Of a stretch of 64,000 nt of DNA, positions 1-12,379 are shown in pieces. The notes below the pieces were generated by a model. It worked only from the letters and a program-made list of their open reading frames with translations. It did not search any database and was not told the DNA's origin. The stretch comes from Selaginella moellendorffii (taxonomy: Eukaryota; Plantae; Lycopodiophyta), in contig NW_003314261.1 of NCBI RefSeq assembly GCF_000143415.4, forward strand, positions 5,296,360 to 5,360,359, read 5' to 3'. Position numbers and translations under genes: made by a program. How positions within the stretch are numbered: the first letter of the stretch is position 1; each line of letters starts with the position of its first letter.

Positions 1-921
1 AAAGTAATTGTAAAGGCACTAGTAAGAGCACCAATTTCCACCCAACAAATCAAGTAGTCAGAAGCAATAATAACATACTCATTGCCAACAATTGATTGTG
101 GAAAAGGTCCCATAAGATCAAACGCCACTAACTCAAATAGACGGGAAACTGTAATTGACTCCAACTGTCCTTTCGCAACACAAGGGGGAGTATTATGAGC
201 TTGACACCAAATGCAGCTACGTACATGTTGGATAACATCACGTCCCATCTCCAGTCAATAGAAAGACCTGCGTAGTTACCTAGAACAGGAAAATCATAGT
301 AGGCATGGAGAAACCATGGAATAAAGATTGAAGGCACCACTAGCTCTAAATGATCATCAAGATATGTCCCCACAAAATAAAGAAAGCCATATTCAAGGCA
401 ATATCGTGAATGTAAATGCCTAAATGGCAAGTTATCAGTAAGTGATGCAAGATTCTCAAACCCTTCTCAAAGCCTTCGAATCCATGGCTCAATCTTTTGA
501 GCCTCACAAACCTCATCAAAAGAAAGTAGATCTTTCTCTGTACCTTGTGGATACTGAATGTCAAGTATAGTAACCACCAATAGCACAAAATCCTCGTTTA
601 AGAAATCCATAAATGCTGGAACAATAGGCTCTTCAGAAACATGATAAAAGAGTGAAGAAGGAAGAGGAGCCTGAGAAAGGGCATCAGCATCAGGCATAGA
701 ACTCCCCGAGCAATGAATAATATCAAAATCATATATTTGAAGCTTCAAAGCCCACTGAGTAGTATAACCAATTAAGTTCTTCCGCTTCAAAATGAAGTAA
801 CGGCAGCATAATCACCTTTTAGTAACATCCAAGAACCATGTAGATGTGCATGAAGGTTTTCGAAACCCCAAATTGTTGTTAAATACTCATTCTCTATCAT
901 AGAGTAGTTCACCTCTGCTGG
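1..921 (-). mobile_element. Degenerate Ty3/gypsy pol fragment (RNase H C-terminus and integrase N-terminal part), element A
   Basis: Minus strand reads 'WALKLQIYDFDIIHCSGSSMPDADALS' (RH-INT linker), and near 60-125 'DLMGPFPQSIVGNEYVIIASDY' (integrase core start). Contains stops and frameshifts. Confidence 0.85.
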
Positions 922-2598
922 GGGGAGTCCTGTGATGAAGTCCATCGTAAGACATTTCTACGAATGATCTGGAATTGGGATACTTTGTAACAAACCCCCA
1001 CTAGCCTTAGTCACGGCTTTGACCTACTGACATGTTGTACATGTCTTTACATAGTCTTGGACGTCCTTAGCCATACCTGGCCAGTGATACTTCCTTTTGA
1101 GTAAGCCCATCGTCTTGGGCATTCCACCATATTTTGCAAGAGGTCTGTCATAATACTCTTCTAAGGCTACCTTCCTTAGTTCCCCTTCTAGAATATACAC
1201 CCTCGTTTATTTATAATAGATGAGTCCATTACGTTTTGCATAGCTTGTTTTCTCTTCCATTGGCAGCTCACCTCTTTGGTGAGCTTCCCGCGCCTCTAGA
1301 TTCCTCAGCAACACTTCTTGTGCTAGACCATCGTTCTCATATGCTGTCTGCACATTATCTCAAAAGGTTGCTATCACATTAGATATCGCCAACTTCAAGC
1401 TCACTTTTCGACTTAGAGCATCCGCCACGATATTGCTCTTCCCAGGCTTGTACAAAATCTCACAATTAAACTTGGCCAAAGCATTGGCCCACTGACCCTG
1501 TTTCCCTCTCAGGTCGAGCTGTGACAAGAAGTGTTTCGTTGCCACATTGTCTGTGTAAACCTTGCAATGTCTCCCAAGGTAGTGTCTCCACTCCTTGAGA
1601 GCCTTGACCTAAATGGTTGTTTTGCTTCAACACTACGCCCAATGCAAAATCTGAAGTATCCGTTTTTACCTCAAAGCCCTTACCAAAATTTGGTAACGCC
1701 AACACAGGAGCCTTCCTCAACTTCCCTTTGAGGTGGACAAATGTAGCCTTGCATTTCGCTGTCCATACCATCTTCCTTTTTCCCATTTGGTTCATTAAAG
1801 GTAGGGTTACTCTCAAATAGTGTTTGATAAACTTTCGGTAGTAGTTGCATAGCCCCAAAAATGCCCTTAACTCATGTATATTCGATGGTCATTCCCATTC
1901 CTGAATTGTTTGGACCTTTTCAAGGTCCACCTTGAGCCCATCTTTGCCCACCACAAAGAAACTTTACCTGTTGTTGAGCAAAGTCATATTTGCTTTTTTA
2001 AGCATATAGCTGGTGTTCCCTTAATTTCTTAAACACCTTCGTCAAGTGTTCAGCATGCTCCTCTAGTGTCTTGCTATAGATCAGGATGTCGTCAATATAA
2101 ATGACCACGAAGTGATCCAGATAGGGTACAAAGATATGGTTCATCAACGCCAAAAACGTTGCTGGTGCATTACTAAAAACTCAAAGCTCCTATATCTTGT
2201 TTGACAGGTTGTCTTCTCGACATCTTCCTTTGCTACCCTAATCTGGTAGTATCCTGATATTAAATCAATCCTTGACAAGTATTTTGCCTTTCCCAACATA
2301 TCGAACAAGTCCTCAATCTTTGGCAAAGAGTATTTGTTCTTCTTTGTATACTTATTGAGCAACCAATAGTCTATGCACATGCGTATAGAACCATCTTTCT
2401 TTTTCACAAATAACACCGGCACCCCATACGGTGATTTGCTCAACCTAACATATACCCTTTATCCACCAACTCTTTTAGTTGATGCTTGAGCTCCTCTAGT
2501 TCCTTTTCGTTCAAATGATAAGGTGGACGAACCATTATCTTAACACCCTTGACTAGTTCAATCTTATGTTCTATCAGTTATGTGGGGGGCAACCCCGT

Positions 2599-2983
2599 CG
2601 ATAGCTTCTCTGGCATGGTATCTTGGAATTGGTCCGACACCCACCGAATCACTAAAAGTACTTCTTCTGTTCCCGTCTTTTTGTCACTCTTCACCGAGAG
2701 TAAGCATAAAAATGCTGCTTGGTTCCTTTAGTGAGTTGTCCTCTCGTGGACACCAGGTTTAAGCAGGAGTCTTTTGCCTTACATTGCCCGCCGATAGCTC
2801 CTCCGACATGGTATCTTGGAATTGGTCCAAAACCCACTGGATCACTAAATGTACTTCTTCCGTTCCCGTCTTTTTGTCACTCTTCACTGAGAGTAAGCAT
2901 AAAAATGCTGCCTTGGTTCTTTTAGTGAGTTGTCCTCTCGTGGATACCAGATTCAAGTAGGAGTCTTTTGCCTTACATTGCCC
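2599..2983. repeat. ~190 bp tandem duplication inside element B pol
   Basis: cgatagct...ttacattgccc occurs twice (2599-2789 and 2792-2983) with a few substitutions. Confidence 0.85.
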
Positions 2984-3436
2984 TACCTTTAGATCTTGGG
3001 CTTCCACCCTAGATCGTTCTTCCCGGGCATTCACTAGTACCACAAGGTTCCTACCTTGTCCATGTAGGGCTACTATAAACTGATTGAACCAATCCATCCC
3101 AAAGATTACATCAAATCCTGCCATGTTCAACATGGTGAAATCAATGTCTACTTTCCATGTCTCTACTTCGACTCTCACTTGTCAAAGTATCTCATCGGTG
3201 CTTTGGCTACCTTGAACAAACTCTATCGTCCTTGGTTCACCTAGCCACTGCACCATTAGTCCAGCTTGCCAGACTATGTCTGCAACCACAAAATTATCCG
3301 AAGCACCTGTGCCAATAAGGATCTTAACAAAGCTACCTCCGAGCTCCCTCAGAGGGCTAGTAGATGTCGTGAACGACTCTCTACCAAAGTTGTTCATGTA
3401 ATACATAACTTTAAGCTAGAGATTGGATCATATACT

Positions 3437-5096
3437 TGTGAGACACAAAATCCCTAGGCCCCAAAGTGGAGCCGGAAGGGTGCCATATGGTAGTGGCCGA
3501 AGCGAAAGCCAAACGAGTGTAACACGTTTGGACTAAAAGCTCCGACTTGAAAGGTCAAGAGTGGGAATGGAACTCCCAACAAAGTGCTCGAGGAACTAGC
3601 ACAAAGCGAGCAATAAGCGAGGCTCCAAAAAGGGACCCAAAAAGGACCAACACATGACACATGGAAGTGTCCGAGATGGACCCGAGTTGGAGTCCGAAGT
3701 GGAGTCCGAGATGGACCCAAGTTGGAGTCCGAAGTGGAGTCCGAGATGGACCCGAGTTGGAGTCTAAAGTGGAGTCCGAGATGGACCCGAGTTGGAGTCC
3801 GAAGTGGAGTCCAAGATGGAGTCTGAGGTGGAGTCCGAGGTGGACCCGAGATGGACCCGAAATGGACCCGAGATGGATCCGAGATTGAGTCTGAGACGGA
3901 CCCGAGATGGAGTCCGAGATGGAGTCTGAGATGGGAGTCCGAGATGGACCGAGACAGAGTCCGAGATGGACCCAAGATGGAATCCGAGATGGAGACCAAG
4001 AAGGATCCGAGATGGAGTCCGAGGTCAAGACCAAGACCAGGACTGAGACCGAGACCAAGATCAGGACCGAGACCGAGGCCGAGTCCGAGTCCGAGTCTGA
4101 GAGGGTGAAAGCCCAAAGCGTTCGTCTCCCAAACCCTAGGGGTTTTGGTAAGCTCCAAAAGTATAGTAAGGGGGAGGATTGCAGTGGAGCCAATTTGGCC
4201 AGGAAAGGCCAGTTTGGCCTAGGAAGGCTGTACCCAGTGTTGGGTGATGAGCTGGCCACTGGGAAGTCCAAGACTAGAGTGAACACGGACCGACAAGCGG
4301 GGTAAATTGGTGAAGTGTTCAAAAGCCGGCTTTAGTTCCCCTGGGAGATTGACTGGCTAATGCTCCCAGTCCAAGTGTGGGTGGCACTACCTACTTGGAT
4401 ACCTAGTGTGGCTTAATGGAACCTCGCTCTAAACCCATGGCTAGAGCACCTAAAGGTGGAAGGTGGGGAGAGTACCTATGAGGCCCGTGTAGGGCCACGG
4501 TGTTCCGAAATGTTGTCCCAAAGTCCCAGACTGTGGATAGGAAGGGGAGTAGCCTTCTGGTGTGGTGACCAAGGACATAGTCACACAGTGAGGAAGTCCT
4601 AGAGGACAGTGGGACTTAGTGGTCGGGCCCATGGGCCTTGATCCAGTGGCAATGTTGGCGAACATGGCCAAGGATAGAAAGGGACTTGGTGGGGACCGGA
4701 ACGGAGATATTGGGGAAGGCTATTCCCCATGTCTGTAGGCATCTTAAGGATGCTAGGGAGTGGATCTGGGATGATCACTTGTGGATGGATTGCCTAGTCA
4801 TTGAGAGAGGGACTGTGATGTAGGTGGCGTGAGACCACCAGTGTGACCAAGGTGAAGGGGCATGGCCTTAGCGTAACAGGCCGATATGTCGATGGTACCT
4901 TGGGCTGTCGGTCATAGGATTGGACACATGGAGCACTTGGACCAAGTGCAAAAGCTGAGTGGCAGGGGTGCCATTCTTGGGGATAATAAGCCCCAAGTCC
5001 TGAATGGGACTTATGGAGGTTGTGAATGAGACTCCTCTAAGTGCTCGAAGGTGTGGTTAAGTGACTAAAGTAGAATGGAAAATTTAGTCACTTACA
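3437..5096 (+). mobile_element. Solo LTR (1660 bp), minisatellite-bearing LTR family, copy 1
   Basis: TGTGAG...CTTACA termini. Flanks ATACT/GTACC look like a decayed 5 bp TSD. Homologous to 9320-11092 and 17915-19643. Confidence 0.9.
3668..4100 (+). repeat. GAGATGGAGTCC / GAGATGGACCC / GAGTCC minisatellite within the LTR
   Basis: Directly visible 11-12 bp and 6 bp tandem units. Confidence 0.95.
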
Positions 5097-5957
5097 GTAC
5101 CTCCGTTTGGATTTCACCCGACTTAATGGCGATATTGGCTCTAGCGTTCTTCAGGTAGGGACATTCCCTCAAAAAGTGTCCCTCTTCACCATAGTTGTAG
5201 CATACGTTGTTTTCCACATTGCTAGCACACTTGACCTTTTTATCCGTGGGTTTGTCTCTTTTTGCTTGATTATCCCATGTACTTGCTTGCTGGCCACTGG
5301 ATCTGCCTTTCCAGAACCCCAAGGACTCATTCTTAAAGAAACTCTTCTTGAATTTCCCTTTGCTATATGTTCCCTTTGGTTTGGCCCCTTTGCTAAATGT
5401 GGACCCCAACCCTATCGTGTTCCCCTTTCGTAAGTTATCATTGAAATGCATCTTGATAGCCGCATTCAACGCTTCCTTGTAGTTGGTTGGGTTCTAATGC
5501 ATCACCTTGCCGCGAGCCTAGATTTGCAAGCCTAATATGAAGGTATGGAATGCATCCATATCACCCATATCCGTGACAAGTATCCTCTTTGCCATAAACC
5601 CATTCACATACTCTTGAATGGTTCCGGTTTGCTTCAACCTACTCAGCTCATCCCTTAGGTGCAGAGTAGCATTTAGAGGAATGTAAGTCGTGTGGATCCT
5701 TGCCTTCATTATTTCCCAAGTGGCCACCAGTCTTTCGTTGGCCTCTATTGTTCTCCACCAAGACATGATATTATCTGCCAAGTATGGTTTTGCATATGGG
5801 ACCTCCGAGCTCGGTAACCGCAATGCTCGAAAGTAGTCCTCCATATTGTAAAACCAATCCTCCACCACTTTATAATCATTCACTCCCTTGAAGACCAGTG
5901 GGGGCTTTGGTTTGTACTTGGGAACTACCTGAGGGACTGATTCCACTTCGCATAAAC

Positions 5958-6610
5958 TCAGCATCAGGCATAGAACTCCCTAGGCAATGAATAACATCAA
6001 AATTATATATTTGAAGCTTCAAAACCCACCGAGCAGTATGACCAATTAGGTTCTTCTACTTCAATAATGAAGTAATGGCAGCATGATCACCTTCTAGTAA
6101 CATCCAAGAACCATATAGATGTGCATGAAGTTTTTCGAAACCCCAGACTGCTGTTAAATACTCATTCTCTATCATAGAGTAGTTCACCTCCGCTGGTTTT
6201 AATGTACAGCTGATGTATACAATAGGATGGCACTGACCAAGAACACTCGGGCTCTTTTGCATCAACACACCTCCAAAACCAATATTAAAAGCATCCACGT
6301 GCAAAATGAAAGGTCAAGTGTAGTCAAGATATACCAAAATCGGAGGAGTTGTCAATAGCTCTTTGAGATCCATGAATGCCCACTCACAATTTGCAGACCA
6401 AATAAAAGACGACATTGATGATTTCAGCAATGCTTGCAACGATGCAGTGCAATCAAAAAGGTGATCCACAAAACGACTGAGATACTGCACCTTGCCCAAG
6501 AAGCATTGCACATCATTCACACACTTCAGAGTAAGAAACTTTAGAACATCCACAAATTTTTCAAAATCAACTTGCAAACCCTTACGAGAAATAAGGTACC
6601 TAAGATAGTC
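5958..6610 (-). mobile_element. Element A RT C-terminus and RNase H (degenerate)
   Basis: 'DVQCFLGKVQYLSRFV', 'HVDAFNIGFGGVLMQ', 'PAEVNYS..ENEYLTAVWGF'. 5958-6196 duplicates 684-921. Confidence 0.88.
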
Positions 6611-6730
6611 GTGTCCTTGGATCCAAACACATATTTCAACCACTTTAGCTTTAAACCAACATCTGTAAGCCATAAATTTTTCCTTTCCAATTGGCCAGCT
6701 TAGCTCATCTATCCAATAAACACTGCCTTG

Positions 6731-9700
6731 TCGGATATACCCTTACGGGGGATAAACTGCTTATGTTGCAATATAGTAAGTCAATGTCATAAAAGGAAAT
6801 ACTCATTGTCAAGAAAGCCATCATTGGGACACCCAAACACTCTAGAACACCAGAAGGTGGTGTTTGATGTCGCGAGGGCAATGGATAAAGCCCAAGGGAC
6901 TAAGTCCCTAGCGAATGATGGATAGAAGGTGCTATCCAAATGTCCAAGCTTGCGGAGACAGGAGAGGATTGTCTACCCAAGTTGGACAAAGCCAAAAATG
7001 GAATTTTGGCAAGGCTAGTGATGGGCATGTAAAGGCCCATAAGCAACAATGTAATCCCAGTGTGTGGGATTATAAGCTGAGCATACCCGGATTGAGGAAC
7101 CACTCCCTGGGCTATTGGGTAGGTTCATCCCTAAGAATACTTGCTAAGGCATGATAAAAAGTGCAAAGCTATCCTCCTGGTCTGGAGGAGAATGACCGAA
7201 GAAAAGGTGTGAAGCCAAAGGCAAGTAGTATTGGGATGGAATTGAACCATAGAAATCAAAGGACATATCCAACAGTGGTTATGAAAGTTGGGAGTGGAGA
7301 AGCAAGAGGGTGCTCGAGGATGTTGTTGCTAGCAACCGTGATGCCATGGAGAGTCTAAAATATGGAATTGTCCATGTTAGACTATATGGCAACTATAAAG
7401 CTTGCGAAAGGGGAGGCCTTAGCAAGCTGAGGGACAGAGTTCCTTCAAGGTTCCCAAAGACGATTCTAGGTAGCGTAGTACCTAGAAAGGCCAAGTGTAA
7501 ATGGTTTATGGAACGCGTGAAATCAGAGTGGCACAGCAGAAGCGTGGTCTTGAAGCTTGCCATGAGGCAAGGTTATCAAGGTTAGGGAAGTAGTTCCCGA
7601 GTGTTCAAAGAGAGGGCTTTGAACAAAAGTCGATGGTCAAGGACTTTCACGCTTATGCAGGAACCATGTTACAATGGTCGGAGGACTTGCCAAGTGAGAT
7701 TGGCACGTCGGGGGAACAAAGACCCTAGTTGAAGGTGATAACTTCAAAAGGGGTGGGCCATGGGGCCGAGCATGGAGGAGTCCATGCATGATCACAGACA
7801 TGTCAAGTGAGAGGACTTGGCAGTGTGGAGGAACTAGGTTCCTAAGCTGTGATCTGTAGCGCACTTTAAAAATAGGTTGGTGCACCGGCGTGGGGAGTCA
7901 CGCCAGGCATCTAGTGTGATGCCGTCCGTAGATGCATATACGGAGGTTGGGTTCGAGTCCCGACCCTCTAGTGCTTGGGTTCGAGTCCCAAATCACTAGG
8001 GCGTGGTGATGGTTTGGAATATGAGGACACTCATATTTCGGTGGTCATGGACTCTCAGTGGGGAGACTGGTTTGGGCACACCGCCAAGCGAGGGATGCCT
8101 CGGAGTCGTGATGCACGGTTAGATTGCTTAGTGTGAAAGCTCAGCATATCTAACTTGAACACTTTGGTGCAAGTGGCACCAAGGTCGTGGTGAGTGAGAT
8201 GGGGACACCTAATCTCAGTTGCTATGAACCCTTGGCCGTAAGGGCTAGCTTGGGTGCACCGCCAAGTGTGGGGGATGCCCCCGGGGTTATAGTCAACAAC
8301 TTGGAGGTCTAGAAGACCAGGTACCTCTTGGCAACTCTGTTAAGGTGCCAAGGTGAGATCACTAGGTGATCTTATGGCCAGATAAGGACATGGTCCTTGG
8401 TTGGCTAAGGAATGAAGTTCCTGGTTCAAAATGTTGAAATTGAACTGTTTAAGGTGGTGTGGCTTGGTCATGATAACCAAGTGGGAAGAGCACCTAAGGG
8501 AATTAAACTATGTCCGTGCGATGGCATAGTGAGTCCGAGGAAAGTAGTCTCTATAAAAGACCCATGGGAGGGTCACGAAGTTGGGCCGTGGATAGAGCCC
8601 ATAGCAAAAGATGAGTGGCCAAGATAGGGCCGTGGAATCCATTGGAAGGAATCCAAGTGACAAAGTTAGGCGAGGAACACTAATGTGTTGGACGCTAACG
8701 AGTTGCGGGAAAGGAAGTGTGTTTCCAAGGAGGGATTCCGAAATGCTCCAATTTGGCAAAAGTGGAAGCTCCAAGGGAGGGAGCGGTAAGGTAGCCAAAT
8801 GATAGGGCCATGAACAGCCCTAGCACAAAGCATGATAACTGGAACTTTGGCACGAAATAGAAAAGAGGATGATGGTGCCCTCGAGTAGAGAACTTCCTAG
8901 GATGGGAAGTGGAGTTGCACAAAAGGTGCAAGGCAAGGTGTCGGAGACACCTAGGAAATCGACTCCAAGAAGTCAAAATTCAAAGTTCCAAAGTGCAAAG
9001 GTTATAGCGATGGAAATTGAAACTACTCGAGAAGGAGTAGTGGGATTGACTTAGAGAAGGGTCTCTAAGAGGTTTAGGAAAAAAGAAAAAGAAACCAATA
9101 AAAGGAGAGAACCACTATACGTGGTCCAATCAGTCTCTAAGTTGGAGAGACTACCCTCCTTAGAGGATATGCAAAAGGCATGGTGAGCCTTTGATGTCAA
9201 ACCATAGACAAAGATTGGCTAGGTGCCAAAGATGGAAATGGTAACACATGTGGGTGTTACTTTATGAAAGGGTTTACCGTTCGATGAGGACATTGAACTT
9301 CGTCTATGGGTGGTGGAGTTGTGAGACACAAAATCCCTAGGCCCCAAAGTGGAGCCGGAAGGGCGCCACATGGTAGTGGCCGAAGCGAGAGCCAAACGAG
9401 CGTAACACGTTTGGACCAAAAGCTCCGACTTGAAAAGTCAAGAGCGGGAGTGGAACTCCCAACGAAGTGCTCGAGGAACGAGCACGAAGCGAGCAAAAGG
9501 CAAGGCTCCAAAAAGAGACCCAAAAGGACCAACACATGACACGTGGGAGTGTCCGAGATGGACTCGAGATGGAGTCCGAGATGGAGTCCGAGATGGAGTC
9601 CGAGGTGGACCCGAGATGGACCCGAGTTGGAGTCCAAAGTGGAGTCCGAGATGGACCCGAGATGGAGTCCGAGATGGAGTCTGAGATGGAGTCCGAGGTG

Positions 9701-11092
9701 GACCCGAGATGGACCCGAAATGGAGTCCGAGATGGAGTCCGAGATGGACCCGAGATGGAGTCCGAGATGGAGTTCGAGATGGAGTCCGAGGTGGACCCGA
9801 GATAGACCCGAAATGGAGTCCGAGATGGACCCGAGATGGAGTCCGAGATGGAGTCCGAGATGGACCCGAGATGGACCCGAGATGGAGTCCGAGATGGAGT
9901 CCGAGATGGAGTCCGAGATGGAGTCCGAGATGGAGTCCGAAGTTGAGACCGAGACCGGAACCGAGACCGGGACCGAGACCGAGACCGAGATCGGGACCGA
10001 GACCGAGACCGAGGCCGAGGCCAAGACCGAGCCCGAGCCCGAGTCCGAGTCCGAATCCGAATCCGAGTCCGAGTCCGAGTCCAAGTCCGAGTCCGAGTCC
10101 GAGTCCGGAGCCTGAGAGGGTGAAAGCCCAAAGCGTTCGTCTCCCAGACCCTGGGGGGTTTGGTGAGCTCCAAAAGTATAGTAGGGGGAGGACTGCAGTG
10201 GAGCCAGTTTGGCCCAGGAAGGCCAGACCCAGTGTTGGGTGATGAACTGACCACTGGGAAGTCCAAGACTAGAGTGAATACGGACCGACAAGCGGGGTAG
10301 CTTGGTGAAGTGTTCAAGAGCCGGCTCTAGTTCCCCCGGGAGATCGACTGGCTGATGCTCCCAGTCCAAGTGTGGGTGGCACTACCTACTTGGATACCAG
10401 GCGTGGCTCAACGGAACCTCGCTCTAAGCCCATGGCTAGAGCACCTAAAGACGATAAGTGGGGAGAGTACCCAGGTGGCTCGCGTAAGGCCACGGTGTTC
10501 CGAAATGTCGTCCCAAAGGCCCAGACTGTGGAAAGGAAGAGGAGCAGTCCTCTGGGGTAGTGACCAAGGACACAATCGTGTGGTGAGGAAGTCCCAGAGG
10601 ACCGTGGGACTTAGTGGTCGGGCCTGTGGGCCTCGATCCAGTGGCAGTGTTGGCAAACACGGCCAGGGGCAGAAAGGGACTTGGTAGGAACTGACAAAGG
10701 GACTTTGGGGAAGGCAATTCCCCAGGTCTGTGGGCATCCTAAGGATGCTAAGGAGTGGATCTAGGATGACCCCTCGTAGACAGATGGCCCAGTCTTGGAG
10801 AGACGGGATGGTGATGCAAGTGGTATTGGACCATTTGTGCAGCAAAGGTGAATGGGCATGGCCTTAGCATAATGGGCCGAGATGTCAGTGGTACCTTTGG
10901 GTGTCGGTCATGGGATCGGACACGTGGAGCACTTGGACCAAGTGCAAAGGTTGATTGGCATGGATGCCATTCTCGGGGCTAGCAAGCCCCAAGTCCTAAA
11001 TGGGACTTATGGAGGTTGTGAATGAGACTCCTCCAAGTGGTCGGAGGTGTGGTTAAGTGACTAAAGTAGAATGGAAAATTTAGTCGCTTACA
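6731..11092 (+). mobile_element. 5'-truncated LTR retrotransposon: 3' internal region, PPT and 3' LTR (9320-11092, copy 2 of the 1.7 kb family)
   Basis: LTR TGTGAG...CTTACA at 9320-11092, preceded by purine-rich GGGTGGTGGAG. No 5 bp TSD. The block is flanked by a 283 bp direct duplication. Confidence 0.75.
9551..10107 (+). repeat. GAGATGGAGTCC / GAGACC / GAGTCC minisatellite in LTR copy 2
   Basis: Directly visible tandem units. Confidence 0.95.
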
Positions 11093-12368
11093 TGCAATCA
11101 AAAAAGTGATCCACAAAACGACTGAGATACTGCACCTTGCCCAAGAAGCATTGCACATCATTCACACACTTCAGAGTAAGAAACTTTAGAACATCCACAA
11201 ATTTTTCAAAATCAACTTGCAAACCCTTACGAGAAATAAGGTACCTAAGATAGTCGTGTCCTTGGATCCAAACACATATTTCGACCACTTTAGCTTTAAA
11301 CCAACATCTGTAAGCCATAAATTTTTCCTTTCCAATTGGCCAGCTTAGCTCATCTATCCAATAAACACTGCCTTGGCTTTAGCTAAATTCCCTCACCAAA
11401 GTTCCCGCCTATTGTACCAGCTTCTACTTGGTCTTACTTGGTTTCAGCTACTCACTACACAAGTGTCGCGAATGCGACTTCGGGTATCGAAAGATACTTG
11501 TCGGCCAGTCCTTACAAACACACTCTCCTTACTGCCACGATGGCAGGAGGTTGGTATTGCTGGACCCTTTATTAGTCCCTCTTGTTCAAGTATTAGTAAA
11601 CTGGACTTTGCATCTGTACTTGGCCAGATGAGCATAAGGACGGAATTCTTAAGTGTCTATTTGGCCAAGCATACTTGGCCTGACTTTTTAGTTCTCTTTT
11701 GCTCTGTCTTGCACTGGCTTGGCAAGAACCCTCATGTATTGAGACAAGTCCCTCAATATCGCTAGATGATAGCTTACCGTGTTTGCCAAACACCCCCGCT
11801 ATCACGCCTTTTGTGTTAGTCTCATTTCAGTCCTAAATGCTATTTATGGAAAGTGTCTAAATTCACTCACTTGGCATATCTACAGAATGTAGAGGTCGGC
11901 CTGAACATAATGGTGTTCATCCCGTGTCCAAATTTGCAATCTAGCGCCATTCCATATTTAGTAAGTTTTGAGCTTGCCCAGAAACTAATTCCTGATACTA
12001 AGGGAGGCTTGGGGTGAAAGCCCAAAGCGTGTGTTCCTCAAGGGGGTGGGGGTTCCAATATTAGGGATAGTGGTTGGAATGCATGTTTGACCACCTGAGA
12101 CATTAGTTTGGCTCCCACTGGGCTATGTCGCTCCTTGTTCTGCGTCCAGCTTGGGTTTAAGCCCAAGCTCCATGCTGCTTTAGTCGGTGGGGTACCCTCC
12201 TCCTCGCGTTAGGCCACCAGTATACCAAAATTGTGCTAGACTCCGTCTGACACCATTTTGTGTGCAGGTGTTAGATATGAGGAGCTGGTGCTTGTGGGAT
12301 TGTACTAGACCCTCGTTTTATAGTGCAACAGGCTTAGAGTTCGGCTCCAAATTCAAGTGTGCTACATT

Positions 12369-12379
12369 TGGTATCAGAG
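12369..12379 (+). promoter_or_regulatory. Primer-binding site (initiator tRNA-Met type)
   Basis: TGGTATCAGAG two bases after the LTR-terminal CA. Confidence 0.85.

Larger units (their letters stand above)
922..5957 (-). mobile_element. LTR-less degenerate Ty3/gypsy gag-pol segment (element B), interrupted by a solo LTR
   Basis: Gag 5518-5957, zinc-knuckle remnant 'CYNYGEEGHFLRECP', protease remnant 'ILIGTGASDNFV', RT '[23 protein letters not shown]', RH 'FEVKTDTSDFALG', integrase truncated at 'MDFITGLP' (~925-945). Many stops. Confidence 0.92.

Noticed and set aside
3454-4322. Long Ser/Asp, Arg/Pro or Leu/Gly-rich ORFs in many frames (also 9257-10369 and 18639-19545)
   Set aside because: They arise from the stop-poor LTR minisatellite, are open on both strands, and their frames are not conserved between copies.
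6731-9300. Antisense or env-like ORFs in the retrotransposon 3' region
   Set aside because: Only short broken frames with no recognisable motif. Cannot be supported without a family alignment.
9551-10107. CRISPR-like or telomeric array
   Set aside because: The units are directly tandem with no unique spacers, lie inside an LTR, and do not match TTTAGGG.
10105-10146. Hammerhead ribozyme (retrozyme-like) at CTGAGAG-GGTGAAAGCC-CAAA-GCGTTCGTC
   Set aside because: The core lacks the CUGANGA spacing and the GAAA strand, and copy 3 has TTGA instead of CTGA. Kept only as a shared hairpin motif.
11376-11810. Possible LINE endonuclease or other coding relic
   Set aside because: The resemblance is too weak and the frames are broken.
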